In this document: piece after piece, positions 51,029-63,273 of the stretch | Position numbering within the stretch: position 1 is the first letter of the stretch | How the letters are laid out: the number at the start of each line of letters is the position of its first letter | Assembly: GCA_964188305.1 (NCBI GenBank) | Contig: OZ076886.1 | DNA from: Podarcis bocagei | Taxonomy: Eukaryota | DNA length: 64,000 nucleotides | Reading direction: 5' to 3' (one strand) | Translations under genes and position numbers: made by a program | The notes under the pieces: generated by a model | Told to the model about the DNA's origin: nothing | The model's database searches: none | The model's input: the letters and a program-made list of their open reading frames with translations, nothing else

Positions 51029-51371
51029 AGGTAAAGGGACCCCTGACCATTAGGTCCAGCCGTGACCAACTCTGGGGTTGCGGCGCTCATCTTGCTTTAT
51101 TGGCCGAGGGAGCCGGCGTACAGCTTCCGGGTCATGTGGCCAGCATGACTAAGCCGCTTCTGCCGAACCAGAGCAGCACACGGAAACGCTGTTTACCTTC
51201 CCGCCGGAGTTATTTATCTACTTGTACTTTGACGTGCTTTCAAACTGCTAGGTTGGCAGGAGCTGGGACCGAGCAACGGGAGCTCACCCCGTCGCGGGGA
51301 TTCGAAACGCCGACCTTCTGATCGGCAAGTCCTAGGCTCAGTGGTTTAACCCACAGCGCCACCCGCGTCCC
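51029..51371 (-). mobile_element. Full-length Sauria SINE
   Basis: The reverse strand starts GGGACGCGGGTGGCGCTGTGGGTTAAACC (A box), has a GTTTCGAATCC B-box-like motif and ends CCCTTTACCTT. A 9-bp direct repeat TACATCTTA lies at 51020-51028 and 51377-51385. Confidence 0.93.
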
Positions 51372-51493
51372 TCGTGTACATCTTACTGACATAAATTAAA
51401 AGTACATGCTCACAGCCTAACCCTACATGACAGGGGGTTGGACTATATGACCCACGTGGTTCCTTCCAATGCTACAATTCTATAACAGGTACT

Positions 51494-51795
51494 GTGGATG
51501 GGGAACTTCCAGGTGTTGTTGGACTCCAATTCTCACAAGCCACAGTCGGCAGAGCAGTCAGAGATGATGGGACAGTAGTCCAACGACATCTGTAGAGAAC
51601 CAGGTTCCCTGCTTCTGCTATGTGGACTGTAGCCGTTATACTTATGCCATGTCTATCGTACAGCAGCAAACCTTCGGCCCTCCAGATGTTGCTGAACTAC
51701 AGCCTCCATCATCCCTGGTGAGTGGCCATGCTTGCTGGGGCTGATGGGAGTTGTAGTTCTGCAACATGTGGAGAGCCAAGGGGTCCCCACACCCA
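51494..51795. mobile_element. Two adjacent diverged URR1-like MITEs (about 51494-51617 and 51661-51795)
   Basis: Core ccctccagatgttgctgaactac...gatgggagttgtagtt...caacat, as in 34801-34936. Confidence 0.65.
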
Positions 51796-51820
51796 TCATA
51801 CAGTGTAGATGTGGAAAACT

Positions 51821-51963
51821 ACCTTATACCTGGTCAGAGCATTGGTCTAAATAGTTCAGTTCTGTGAGCTGCTCTTCAGCAGTCCAGCTTGGAGATGCAA
51901 GGGACTGATCCCAGGAAACTTTGCACGCAAAGCCTGAGCTCCACCACTGAGCTACTGCCCTTC
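51821..51963 (-). mobile_element. tRNA-derived SINE (Squam3-like), diverged
   Basis: The reverse strand reads GAAGGGCAGTAGCTCAGTGGTGGAGC...GCATCTCCA...GACCAATG...GTATAAGG. Confidence 0.6.
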
Positions 51964-52057
51964 TCAAAACCTTCCTACTGCATGGCCTTTGTCCATGCAT
52001 GTACAGCTCTCGATCTGCAATCATGGTATAATAAATAAAATTTATTATTATCAATTA

Positions 52058-52120
<63 letters not shown>
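52058..52120. repeat. (ATT)n microsatellite
   Basis: Seen directly. Confidence 0.97.
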
Positions 52121-52320
52121 TCTGCTTGTTTTTACTAGGCCCACCAAGGCTAAAGAACGATGTGATGTCACAGGGATTGGCTTACAGCCAGGATGCACTA
52201 GATGCGTCCTCAGTCTGATCCAAGACTGTTGTTCTCAGGCTTTCTAGGGTCTCCCTTCAACACAAGGAAGGACAACAGAGAAGGAAGTGTGTGCAGGAAA
52301 TGGCAGAAGCTGAAGTGGGA

Positions 52321-52321
<1 letters not shown>

Positions 52322-52360
<39 letters not shown>

Positions 52361-52372
52361 TAATAATAATAA
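52322..52372. repeat. (AAT)n microsatellite
   Basis: Seen directly. Confidence 0.97.
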
Positions 52373-53214
52373 GGTACATCAAAATGTTGGGAGGGGAATT
52401 TTACTTGTACCTGACTGGGCTCACTAGCTGAGTATTCTGCAGCCACATGCTCTGAAAGAAGCTTTCTGTGACACTTCTGTCTCTGCCTGTGGCATACTGT
52501 GGATTGAACACGCTAATCTGAGAAGGATGGTTCTGCTTGGTACTAGGGTGTTGAACTAGATAATATTTTTTGTCTCTCTTGTTTCTAATATTGTTTTATT
52601 ACTCTCCAATAGGTATGAGAATTCTGTCTGGGTTAATAACAGCAGCAAAAATCAAGACTCTTATGTGCTGTTCTTCTCTGCCCCCAAATGTATAGATAAT
52701 TATTTACAGTTGGGTAACTGATTGATTAATCAGGTGAAGCTGCCCAACTCATCAGCTAAAACCCCTTTAATCTACTAAGATTTCATTCTAATATCCCAGG
52801 CTATATGCTGTCGCCATGGCATATTATGAAGGTCAGGGCTAGGTTATATTCTAAAAATCTCAGCTGCTGTCTTCTTTCTTTTTCTCAAGTAGAATTCTGC
52901 ATCTTGTGATTGGAGGAATATGACTGAAAATCAGAGCTCCCACAATGGACAGAGCTTCATCCACATCAATGGGATTTCAGGGCTGGGATATTAATCACAC
53001 TGCTGAAGTGCAGAACACCACACTGTTATATACACTTACTTGAGAGTAAGTTCTACTAAATATAGTGGAGCCTGCTTCAGAGTAGATATGAAAAGGACCG
53101 GGGCACACAACCCCACTTTAAAATGACATATAGGCATTGAATTGGCTTTGAATTGTGGCCACTGTGTATAACTCTATTTTTCACATTTGAGGGCAACATT
53201 TTCATAATGAAGTC

Positions 53215-54033
53215 ATAAAACAGACTGAAGTTGAATCCTGACAAGACAGAAGTACTGTTTTGGGGGGATGGGGTGGGCAGATGTGGGGGACTCCCTGGTT
53301 CTGAACAGGGTAACTGTGCCCCTGAAGGACCAGGTGCGCAGCCTCTGAGTCATTTTGGACTCACAGCTGTCCATGGAGGCACAGGTCAAATCTGTGTCCA
53401 GGGCAGCTGTTTACCAGCTCCATCTGGTACGCAGGCTGAGACCCTACCTGCCCGCAGACTGTCTCGCCAGAGTGGGGCATGCTCTAGTTATCTCTAGCTT
53501 GGACTACTGCAATGCGCTCTATGTGGGGCTAGCTTTGAAGGTGACCTGGAAACTACAACTAATCCAGAATGCGGCAGCTAGACTGGTGACTGGGAGCGGC
53601 CACCAAGACCATATAACACCGGTCTTGAAAGACCTACACTGGCTCCCAGTACGTTTTTGAGCACAATTCAAAGTGTTGGTGCTGACCTTTAAATCCCTAA
53701 ATGGCCTCGGTCCAGTATACCTGAAGGAGTGTCTCCACCTCCATCGTTCTGCCCGGACACTGAGGTCCAGCGCCGAGGGCCTTCTGGCGGTTTCCTCGCT
53801 GCAAGAAGCCAAGTTACAGGGAACCAGGCAGAGGGCCTTCTCGGTAGTGGCACCCGCCCTGTGGAACACCCTCCCACCAGATGTCAAAGAGAAAAATAAC
53901 TACCAAACTTTTAGAAGACATCTGAAGGCAGCCCTATTTAGGGAAGCTGCCCAGAGTGGCTGGTGAAACCCAGCCAGATGGGCGGGGTATAAATAATAAA
54001 TAAGTTGTTGTTGTTGTTGTTGTTGTTGTTGTT
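53215..54033 (+). mobile_element. 5'-truncated, relatively young L2 LINE (RT C-terminus plus tail)
   Basis: Translates LKLNPDKTEVL...ALVISSLDYCNALYVGL...LQLIQNAAARL...HITPVLKDLHWLPV...RAFSVVAPALWNTLP. ORFs 53355 and 53673 are one frame split by a single TGA. Ends gggcggggtataaataataaataa(GTT)n. Confidence 0.93.
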
Positions 54034-55577
54034 ATCTGATATATGCTGTGAGCCACCCAGAATGCAATGGCACTGCACCGATTACAGGTAAGCATGTTAC
54101 CCTCTGTGTCTGGAGGCTCTAACAGTAAAGATAAAAACATGCTTGTTTACAATCCAAAGGATTTTTAAATGCATGGCCCTACTAAATTTAATGCCGACCT
54201 GTCATCTATTGTTTATAAATGGACAGCATGAAGCAGAATTCTTAATTTGAAGTTTAACTATTCCATATGTACCACTAGGTCAGTGAGATACTGATCTCTC
54301 TAAAGTTTAATTACTTACCGCTTCCCCAATACCTTTTTCTCCCTCTGGCCTGGCACAACAAAGAAACTATGTCTCTGTGCATGTTTGACAGACAAGTCTA
54401 AAACCTTGCACTGAATAACAACGGAGGAAACGTTATTAAAATATTCCCTTGCAGCCCACAAACTGGCTAAAAGCACTGACAGACTAGAAAATTACATTTG
54501 CTCTCCATTTTCAGAAAGGACCATATTTTGCACCCTTGGAGCCTCCTAACCTGGGGCGAGGGGGACTTAAGATATATATAGTACTCACCTCTGTATTTCG
54601 CTAGATCAGGGACTTTCTTTAAAAGAGGTTACTAATCATTCTTATCTTTAAACCATGCAATTTGTTTTCATCTGGCACCTTCTCCTTATCTGGCCGTCAC
54701 CATCTATACGCATTAACGGAGTGCAAAATCTTTCTACAAATGGATTTACTACAAGTATTAGGACAAACCCAAAGCAAGAGTGAGCTCTTGGCCTATACTT
54801 AAAATGTGGTACATTTCCTTCCATTACTTGATCAGTATCATCATGTAGTAATTTCCAGCTGAAAAGTGGAAGTAACATTTGGAGTCACTTGGCAGAAAAC
54901 CTTCCTAGAGGAAAATTTACTGAAGTTCAGCTCTTTTTGTATGTGGGCTGTTCGTTTTTCCCTTGCTGGGAAATCAGCGGCTAGCTTGTATCTTTTATTT
55001 GGGATTTGGCCCTTTAAAAAAAGAAAAAGATATGTGCGTCTGAAAATCTACACTATATATAGTCACCTCCATCTTCCCTGTTCAACCCCTGTTAACACTG
55101 TGCTCACAAAGGATTGCTGCTTTCCTTATTAGTAAAGAGACAAGCTGAGAACTACAAACACTCACAGTGGGTGGATACAGAAAAGGCAGGAGAAAGCCGG
55201 ACCTGTTCCCAGCCCTTTGTCCCTCCACTTGTATTAGGTCCCTTTGCCAGCGTTCTCCATGGGGACACAAATCTAAGGGCCACACTACGCAAGATGTTCT
55301 GCAAGCCTTTAGTTCTATTTTATTGTAACGAATACCTAGCATATAGGGTGGGGAGGACAAAGCTTTACATCAGTTTCATTGCTGATTAATTTAAAAATGT
55401 TTTATTTCTTGCTAGCCACTGTGACAGCTTTGTTACAGGGCAACCTATAAATACTGCAAGCAAATAATAAACGAATAAAGCAAATAAGCTGGCACCAGGT
55501 CAAAATTTCCACCAGATGCTTGTTTGGCATTCTTGCAGAGTGGAAGGTAGAGCAAAAAAACTAACCAGTTTTCCATT

Positions 55578-55660
55578 AGGAACCTAGGACGCTGCCTTGT
55601 AGTGAGTCAGCCCATTGGTCCAGCCAGCTCAGTACTGTCCACACTGAATGGCAGCAGCTT
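55578..55660 (-). mobile_element. SINE 3' half (Squam3-like)
   Basis: Reverse complement of the 24120-24196 motif. Confidence 0.6.
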
Positions 55661-55689
55661 GCATAAGCAGCTTTGTTGTTGTTTTTTAT

Positions 55690-55741
55690 TATTGTGAACT
55701 GCTCTGTGATCCTCAGGCGAAGGGTGGTATAGAAACTTGAC

Positions 55742-55778
<37 letters not shown>

Positions 55779-55779
55779 T
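55690..55779 (+). mobile_element. L2-type 3' tail with (TAT)n
   Basis: attgtgaactgctctgtgatcctcaggcgaagggtggtatagaaa followed by (TAT)n. Confidence 0.6.
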
Positions 55780-57454
55780 TGGGGTGGTGGTTGGTTAGCA
55801 TTAGAAAAGAAGCAGGAAGCAGAAGATTCTAGTCTAGTATCACTTTTCTTTTCTTTCTTTAACAACAACAAAATTGCCATTGCTTCAGTCAGCAACTCAT
55901 TAGCATTATTTTCTTCCTTACAAGGGCCCAATGTGAATGATGCCATATCGTTACATAATGCCATCTGCAGGGGCATTTTGGGGCGGGGAGGTGGGGAAGA
56001 TAATTTTAAAAATGAAACTGCTACCATCTGAACGTGGTTCTAGACGAAACAATTATAATATGACTGACTGTTTGGTCATGGGGGGATTTCTGTGATCATG
56101 AAGACAGCCCCTGCAGAAGCATCCGTAAGTGGAGACTGCCTGCAAGGATTCCCCCACCTCCCAGTGTCTGTCATGCTAGAGACCTGTGTTTCAAGACATC
56201 TTCATGGTGTCATTAACCATGATTCATGGACCAGCTTGTTTGCCTTCTTTCATGGGTTTTCCCACTGCAAAACAAAGACAGATTTGTTTTTATGGAGCAT
56301 TCTTGTGGCAACTGGGAAAAAATTATTGCACTAATGAGGCCTGTTTGAGCATCAACAGCGAGATGAGAAGCAGGACTTCTGTATCTTTTAAAAAAAATAT
56401 CTTCTTATTTTGAAGCTGGGTTTTTCCCATCGTTGAGTCGAGAAAAAAATCATAAAGGGTGTCCCACTGAAAATTAACAAGGCAGTCGCCATGGTGCAGA
56501 GGAATGCAGTAACACTAAGAGGAACTGAATAGATAAGATGACTCCCTGGGAAAGAAGAAAGACTGAAAGCTACTCATGACATTGAGATATAGATGTGATG
56601 GGGTGCTGATTTGCCAGTGCTAAGTCTCCTCCTGCCTGCAATTATGTACTACTCCTAAAACACATAACTACTTCTCTGCAATATCTTCAGCCGGCCTAAC
56701 ACAACAATTTACATAGTATACTATTTCAGATTAAACACATTAGGAAGAAATCTAGCTGGACTGAATAATAAATAACAGCATACGTAAACACCTTGGTCTC
56801 TCCAGATGCTAAAAACCTTTTGTATCCCCCTACTTTCAAGGCTTCACTAACACTGGCATTGATCCAACACAAGAATCATTATCTCATCTTCAATTAATAG
56901 ATGGTAGGAGACAAGGGACACTCAGATAGCAACCCTATCTACACTTAATAGGGAGCAAGTCCCATTGAACTCATTGGGACGTGTTGGGCCAGGAGCCAAT
57001 CCTACTCTCCTAAATGCTGCCACCACCCCTAGCTTTAGGTCTGAAGGAAAGATAGTTATCTTTACAAGAGATTTGTAGGTGAACCAGAAATTGCTCCTTT
57101 ACCCACAGAGACGTCAGGCAGACAGTAGTTTATTCAATTATTGTATGTTTAAAAAGACCCCTTTCTCTAATAATAACATAAGCAAGTTATATAAGAAAAG
57201 GGTAGGCTCTCTTGATGGACAATTCACCAGATGAGTTCAGGCACTGCCCTAAGTGCAATGCACGGCCTTCAAAGTATCAATAGCACACTCCTCCTTCTCC
57301 GAGTACGGAATGATTATGTTGTTATTACCATTAATTTATATACTGCTTTTTAAACCAAAGTGTCCCCCAAAGAGTTTAAACACACATGCAAACGCAAACA
57401 AATGATTCTATGAAACACACACACGTACAATAAAATGCTGTATATCAATTTGAT

Positions 57455-57550
57455 CTTTTATTGTGTTTTTAATATTTTGTTGTGAGCCACCCAGAGTGGC
57501 TGGGGCAACCTAGTCAGGTGTGTGGCATATAAATAATGAAATTATTATTC
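57455..57550 (+). mobile_element. L2-type 3' tail
   Basis: gagccacccagagtggctggggcaacc...atataaataat, homologous to 53945-54000. Confidence 0.7.
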
Positions 57551-60500
57551 TTATTACTCAGCAAGCAAAACAGTGTAAGACAGCAACATCACAACACAGG
57601 AGGATTAAACAGTGCTCTCTCTAAACCTACATAACTAACACTTAGGGGCTAGAAACTTGAATAGGCAATAATAAATAGTAAAAGAAGCCTAACCCACTTA
57701 GAAGAATTAAGGGTTCAGGGTGAACAAGTAAACAATGGAAATAATGGTAAAAAAGGAAATGCTTCCAAATATCAATAGCTGTCAAGTATAATCCTTCAAA
57801 AGCTTAGGACAAAAAAAAAGACCAAAAAAAGGCTTTGCTTCTTTAGAATGACCAAATGAGCCCTTACACAATGATTCTCTCCAATGCCTGCTGGTTGGTT
57901 TCCATGTTTGAAAGAAGAAATTGAAAGTTGCTCAGTTGCTCTACTACTACACCTGAAGCTAAGAGCCAAAGGCCCAGAGAAGGCCTCTACCTTAAATGGT
58001 GTGTGCTTGTGTTCAAAGGGAAAACCATTTCCAAAGACATTTTAAAAAACCAAAAAACGGTACTGTATATGATTCGCTTTAGGACATTAAACATGAAAAG
58101 TGGCTGGCCCATATTCTCAAAAAATGTAAGCATAATTTTTAACTCAGGAGACTCAGATGGTTTATGCAGTCATAAAGTGTCACCAAAAAATGTGGCTATT
58201 TATGAAGTGCTTAACAGATTTGACTGATTTTCTGGAAGACCAGAAAACCAAATGCAACAAGATGAACATGGGAGGGGAGAAGAGGGTATTTTATTGTAAT
58301 GTGAGGTGTATATTCTCTACATGTGGCAAGCAGGGGTTTTCTAGCCTTTATTGGAAAGACTTGGCTTAACTAATATTGAAAACCTATAGTAGGGGAATGT
58401 GCTTTTTCTCCCCTCAGCCCAGCCGCCCCTAGGAAGAGTTTACAATTTTCCTGCATTAATGATTACCTGAACTTCCAAACATTGCTGAACTACCTCGAAC
58501 TTGTTCTTTCACTGTGTAGCTATAGCTTCAATTATATTGGGTAATTGTACCTACTTTCCTGCGAGCGATCTGTGTGCTGCTTTAATTAAAACAAACAGTG
58601 TTTCTCTCATTATTAGAAATGAAACAACAAGACTAAATTAACCCAACCCAGATTACACACCAAACAGACTGCAACATAACATTTCAAATGGATTTTGACA
58701 TATTTTCCCACAGATCAAGTTCAACAGCTTCTGCAATTGGAAAGACACATCTGCATCGCCCTGTTGAGATACCTGAGCAGTGAAAGCAAAAAACCACCCC
58801 ACATCCTAAGTGAAAACTTCTAGTCTACCTTAGAGCCTGCAGCCTGGTGATCACCACCTTCAAAGCAAAATTGTATTTTTCACTGTGACTGTTGGCTCCT
58901 GGGTTTGTATACTGAATATAGTTGGAGAGGGGGAGATACAGGTAAGTCAGCACTTCACTCAAGACAGGGCACAGGCATGTGGACCAACTGGATGAAACAC
59001 AATTCCGCACAGATTCAGACATTATTCACTTGCACCTTGCACCAGTGTATAAAGCCCCTTCCTCTCCTTTCTTCCCTTTGCTCCAGAGGTTTGGGGAACC
59101 CCAAGAAGCAGATTTGAAGAACGCAAGAGAGGAAAGAGGGAGAGCATGCAAAATCCTTGCACCACTGGAACACTCGCCGTAACACTACATGGAATTCTAT
59201 CCTAAACTTCATGAGACTTAATGTTTCTATGCATGTGTGTCAAGTTGGGGAAGTTTACATGTGGTGGCTTTCTCATTTTATATTCACAAGGGGAGGTGTA
59301 TGTGTGAAGCAATTGCCGCTTTAAAGATTCAAAAGTTGCTATGTCACAGAAAAATGCCTGAAACCTACCTAGCAAGTTCTAGAGGGTTTTTTCTTATGAA
59401 CACTTAGTCCAACCCTATACTCAATAGGATCAAGGTAAAGCAAAACAAAACAAAAAAGAGTCACAAAATATAACTGTCTTCCTTCTGGGTTTGAACCCCC
59501 ATCAGATTAACAGAACGGTAAAATTGACCCAAGGCTCCTCAGTATTATTATAGTTTATCATAAATAATTAGACAAAAGCCGTAGTGCTTCTAAAGAAGAA
59601 GCAGGGAATTAAAGGATGCTTTGGAAAGTGTCCAGGAATGTGTTTTCTCCAAGTATCCTAGTATTTCAAGATTGTCCCATGAAAGTCGGATGCGGCTGAT
59701 AAATTATTATTCAGCAACCTACAATTTCCCTCTCACACATAACTCACAATACATCAGAGGCTAAAAATAAACGGCTCCACACACTTAAGAGCCACTTGTA
59801 AGTGAGCAGCCCTGATCCTGTTTACTTTGTTGTCACAAAACTAGGGCAATCTTGTTCTCAATTAACCACTTGGTGTGTGCAGACACCAAGCTACCAGGAG
59901 GAACGAAATGCCAAGTTCTAACTTTCACTGCTTTGCCATCCTTTCATTTCTTGATCAAAGACTCATGTGAGCACCACTAATTTGCTAAGAAATTAAACAT
60001 GAAAGGGGAACGCAATTCTGCAACTCACTGAAGAACACTGTGGGCAGTTAATGATTAATTAGCATTATAATACGTGACAGGCTGGTTTCACAGAAGCAGC
60101 TTGTTTTGATTCTGAATTTGTTCAGTAGAGGAAATCTTTAAGGATGATGCCAGAACTCCTGTGGCAAGCAGTGCCAGAAAGTTACCCTCAGGTTTGGCAG
60201 AGCTGCCACATGGATCATGTAGTTAAAGTCTGGCCAAGGTAGATGCTTTACAGACAACTCCAAATCTTGTAAGGTTTGTCCACTGACCCTGGGAGGACTC
60301 AGGATAGAGCCTCTAAAATGAACACATCCTTGACTTACAAGTTGCAAAAACAAAAACAAAACAAACCCAGGTACAAGCTGCTGAAGCAATTCATTTGAAA
60401 TGATACAGAAGTACCATTTCGGATGATGGCTTCTGTATGCTGTAAACAACAAAGCACAAGGATTCTACAGGTTTTGTTTCTAGGTGAAAGGTTGAAAGCT

Positions 60501-62052
60501 TAAGGTAGGCCTTGAATGATGACAAAATTACGCTAATGGATGCTTTTCATGAATGATATGGGACACAATGCACTAAAGACAGCAGCTTATAAGAAGAATC
60601 AGGAGTCCTTTTTATTCAAAGAACTGCTTTAGTATCCCCAGACTTCAGCAGTTCACAAGTTTTATATGCTAAATAACTGAAGGCAGGAGGAACATAAAAC
60701 GTCCACAGTCAGATCAATAGTCCACTGAGCCTTGTAACCTCTCTCTTAGGCTCACAGGAAAACACTAGCCAATGATCTTCATAGCTTCAAAAGCTAATGG
60801 GAAAGATCACCTAGATCAATTACTTCGTGCTTGCCCCATTGCTGCTCTTCCCATTTTCTAGAAGTGCTGCTGGAGACAAATTCGTAGTCTAGAATGGATC
60901 ATTGCTCTCACACAATATGGAAGTTTTATGTTCCTGTCTTCAGCCAGGTGTCGCATCATGCAAAGCTTAACTACTGTAGTTGGGGTAGCTACAGAATCCA
61001 CTGAGACAGGAAAGCTGAATTCCCTACTGTTCCTTGGGTAACCATTTTCCAAATATGATTTCTTGCCTTGCAATGCAAAAATAAACAGAGCTTATCCTGT
61101 TCGCCTGCAGAAAAGACAAATAGCAGAACAATAGTCTCACTCTTCTATATGTAACTCTCCTCCATTGCTGGAGCTGGCATTTATATTCAACAAGCCAGCT
61201 TCAGTAGAGAAAAAGGACAGAAATAACAAAAAATGAGGAAAATCCACATAAGTCCACCTAGAGTGCAATATTCATGCTTCCTGAAGAACCATATCCAAGA
61301 AGTCATTATTCTGCAGGGGATTATGAAAAGGGGATTATCTAAATGACTGATTATTTAGTAATTTTGACTGTTATTTGAACCTATCTTCAGGGCTCTTGAG
61401 TTCCAGTAGAACCCTATGGCCAAGCTAAAGAGTCATCTCAGTACACAGCTACCATTAGGAAAAGTAAATAATCATGCAACATGTGGGCAAACTTGCCATT
61501 GAACTGAGATGTATAACCATTTTAACTTGGCTCTGAAGTTTTTACTTACTTGCCCTAAAATAATGGTAAGGACTGTGCAACCTGAAGCTTCACACAGCTC
61601 TGAAACTCAACAGTGTTTGATTAACATATTTATTTACATGTTGAATTTTCTCACGGCATTTGGTTTCACTGGGTTAAGAAACAGAACTGTTCCAATCTTC
61701 CAAGCCTTACTCATGTGAGTTGCTTTTAAGGCCTATTCTAATGAGTAGGAGGATGAATGATTAATAGACAGCTCCTCTCTTACCGCAACAGCATGCAATG
61801 CCTTACTCAAGATGGGCTTACCAATAGTTATATTAGTGCAATATTTCAACATGCAACATTACTCCATCACAAATACTGAAGGATCAAGGGTGTTACAGCC
61901 TTTGAAGTGAAGTTGCTTGGGGCAAGGATCTGTTTGACAAAGAACACATTCTTTGTGCTACTCTCTGTACAGCAGAACAAACAGGAGTGAAGCTGAATGA
62001 AAGGTGTCTTATTTATTTACACACAAGAAATGCTCCCCTTTGCAGTGCTCAC

Positions 62053-62191
62053 CTTGGTGGGGTGGATGGCTTCCAGTATCTGCAGAAAAGGTACTGCCCA
62101 TCAGCGTTGACCAAATGAGGAAGGTCCCGATATGGGACATTCTGGGGAGTCTTCCGTGGGGAACTTTCCTCTGGCATTCTAGAAGAGTGAC
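62053..62191 (-). CDS. MGLL: MGLL coding exon 2 (139 nt, phase 1/2); contains the second start ATG at 62177 (MPEESSP...)
   Basis: Pyrimidine tract plus AG (62192-62193), donor GTGAGC (62051-62052). ORF 62049..62297 contains [37 protein letters not shown]. Confidence 0.96.
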
Positions 62192-62807
62192 CTACAAGGT
62201 GTGGAAAGAGGAAACACACACTTTTAGGCATAATTGCTGGAAAGAGTCGGCATGCAAAGGAATCCGTGAATACCATACAAGGAAGAGTGTAATCCACAGA
62301 TCAACTTGCACTATCCAAGTAAACCTCTTCCACTTTCCAAAGATGCACAAACCTAGGCTGGATTTCTTCTGCTCCATGCAACTGCTCTGCAGACTGAAGA
62401 CTCACATTTTCTTTTTGCAGGAAGAAAATGCTCAAAGGGTAGAAAGGAGAAAGAGCACCCAACCACACTGCCTCATTATGGCTTGTAGTCCCGTCCCCCC
62501 CCCCCACTCCTCATCTCCCATCTGTGTTTATTTTCCATCAGTTTAGGGAAGCGGATCTTACACACACAAAAAAGGTTTTAGCTGCAATCAAGTGCAAATT
62601 GTGAAGCTCCTGTATGGATACAAGAAGCCAGCTGCATAAAAGATTCATCATCTCTCTTTTTTTAAAAAAACAACACACATATCTCCAAAGAACGGCACAA
62701 GAGCCACTGTAATGAGGTGACTGACACTGCCTTGTTGCTATGATCCTTTCTGACATGTGAGGGAAGGCAGGGTAAAAGAAAACCCCATACAGAACGTCGT
62801 AACAAAC

Positions 62808-62817
62808 CTGATTTCAT
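62808..62817 (-). CDS. MGLL: MGLL coding exon 1 (ATG AAA TCA G), start of the long isoform [12 protein letters not shown]...
   Basis: ATGAAATCAG|GTTTGT is a phase-1 donor matching the exon 2 acceptor. An in-frame TAG lies upstream at 62905-62907. It mirrors the remembered human 10-nt ATGGAAACAG first coding segment. Confidence 0.8.
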
Positions 62818-63251
62818 CCTGTGCACGGTTTGCCGGCATTGCAAGTCAAATGCAATCAAGGAGAGCGCTCTGCACGTCGCCGAGGAGCCGCAGGAACACC
62901 CCGCCTAACACCCAGCACCCCGCTAGTGGCTAGATCAATTCTTCACCGTTGCAAACGGCAGCTAACTGAGCCGCTACCAGCAGCAATGCTCACTTCCCAC
63001 CCCTCCTTTGCAGGCTCCTGTGCTCTACAGGGGCTGGGCTGCCTGCGATCGGTTCTCGCTCTAGCTCTTCCCCCTCCCGCGCTCCTCTTTGCAAGCGCTC
63101 TCTCGCAGGAGGAAACTGGTCTTAATCAATTTACCACTTCTTGCTAATTTCAACACTCCCCCACCCCGCGCCGTTCTTCTTCAGCAAATCGCGCGTGTGG
63201 GCTGGTGGGAGGAAGAAGGTGGGTGATAAAGTGTAGCCGGGGTGGGGGGAG

Positions 63252-63273
63252 GAAGCAAGCAAGCAAGCAAGCA
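63252..63273. repeat. (AAGC)n microsatellite inside the CpG island
   Basis: About five AAGC units, seen directly. Confidence 0.9.

Larger units (their letters stand above)
1..62817 (-). other. MGLL: MGLL gene body, coding exons 1-6; the gene continues left of the window
   Basis: Six GT-AG exons splice to [198 protein letters not shown], which is recognisably vertebrate monoglyceride lipase. Intron lengths are 616, 19654, 34102, 4657 and 2711 bp. Confidence 0.97.

Noticed and set aside
23362-51963. tRNA-like A/B-box sequences considered as tRNA genes
   Set aside because: They are degenerate SINE heads with no full cloverleaf.
47894-59975. Shared 13-mer TCATGTGAGCACC at about 47894 and 59963
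   Set aside because: Exact 13-mer repeats are expected many times by chance in 64 kb, and the flanks are unrelated.
62497-62538. ATGGAAAAT at 62538 as a possible MGLL first coding exon
   Set aside because: No adjacent donor and the frame soon hits TAA. The 62817 ATG with the GTTTGT donor fits better.
62004-62546. 180-aa + strand ORF
   Set aside because: Partly an antisense shadow of MGLL exon 2; non-ATG start and no homology.
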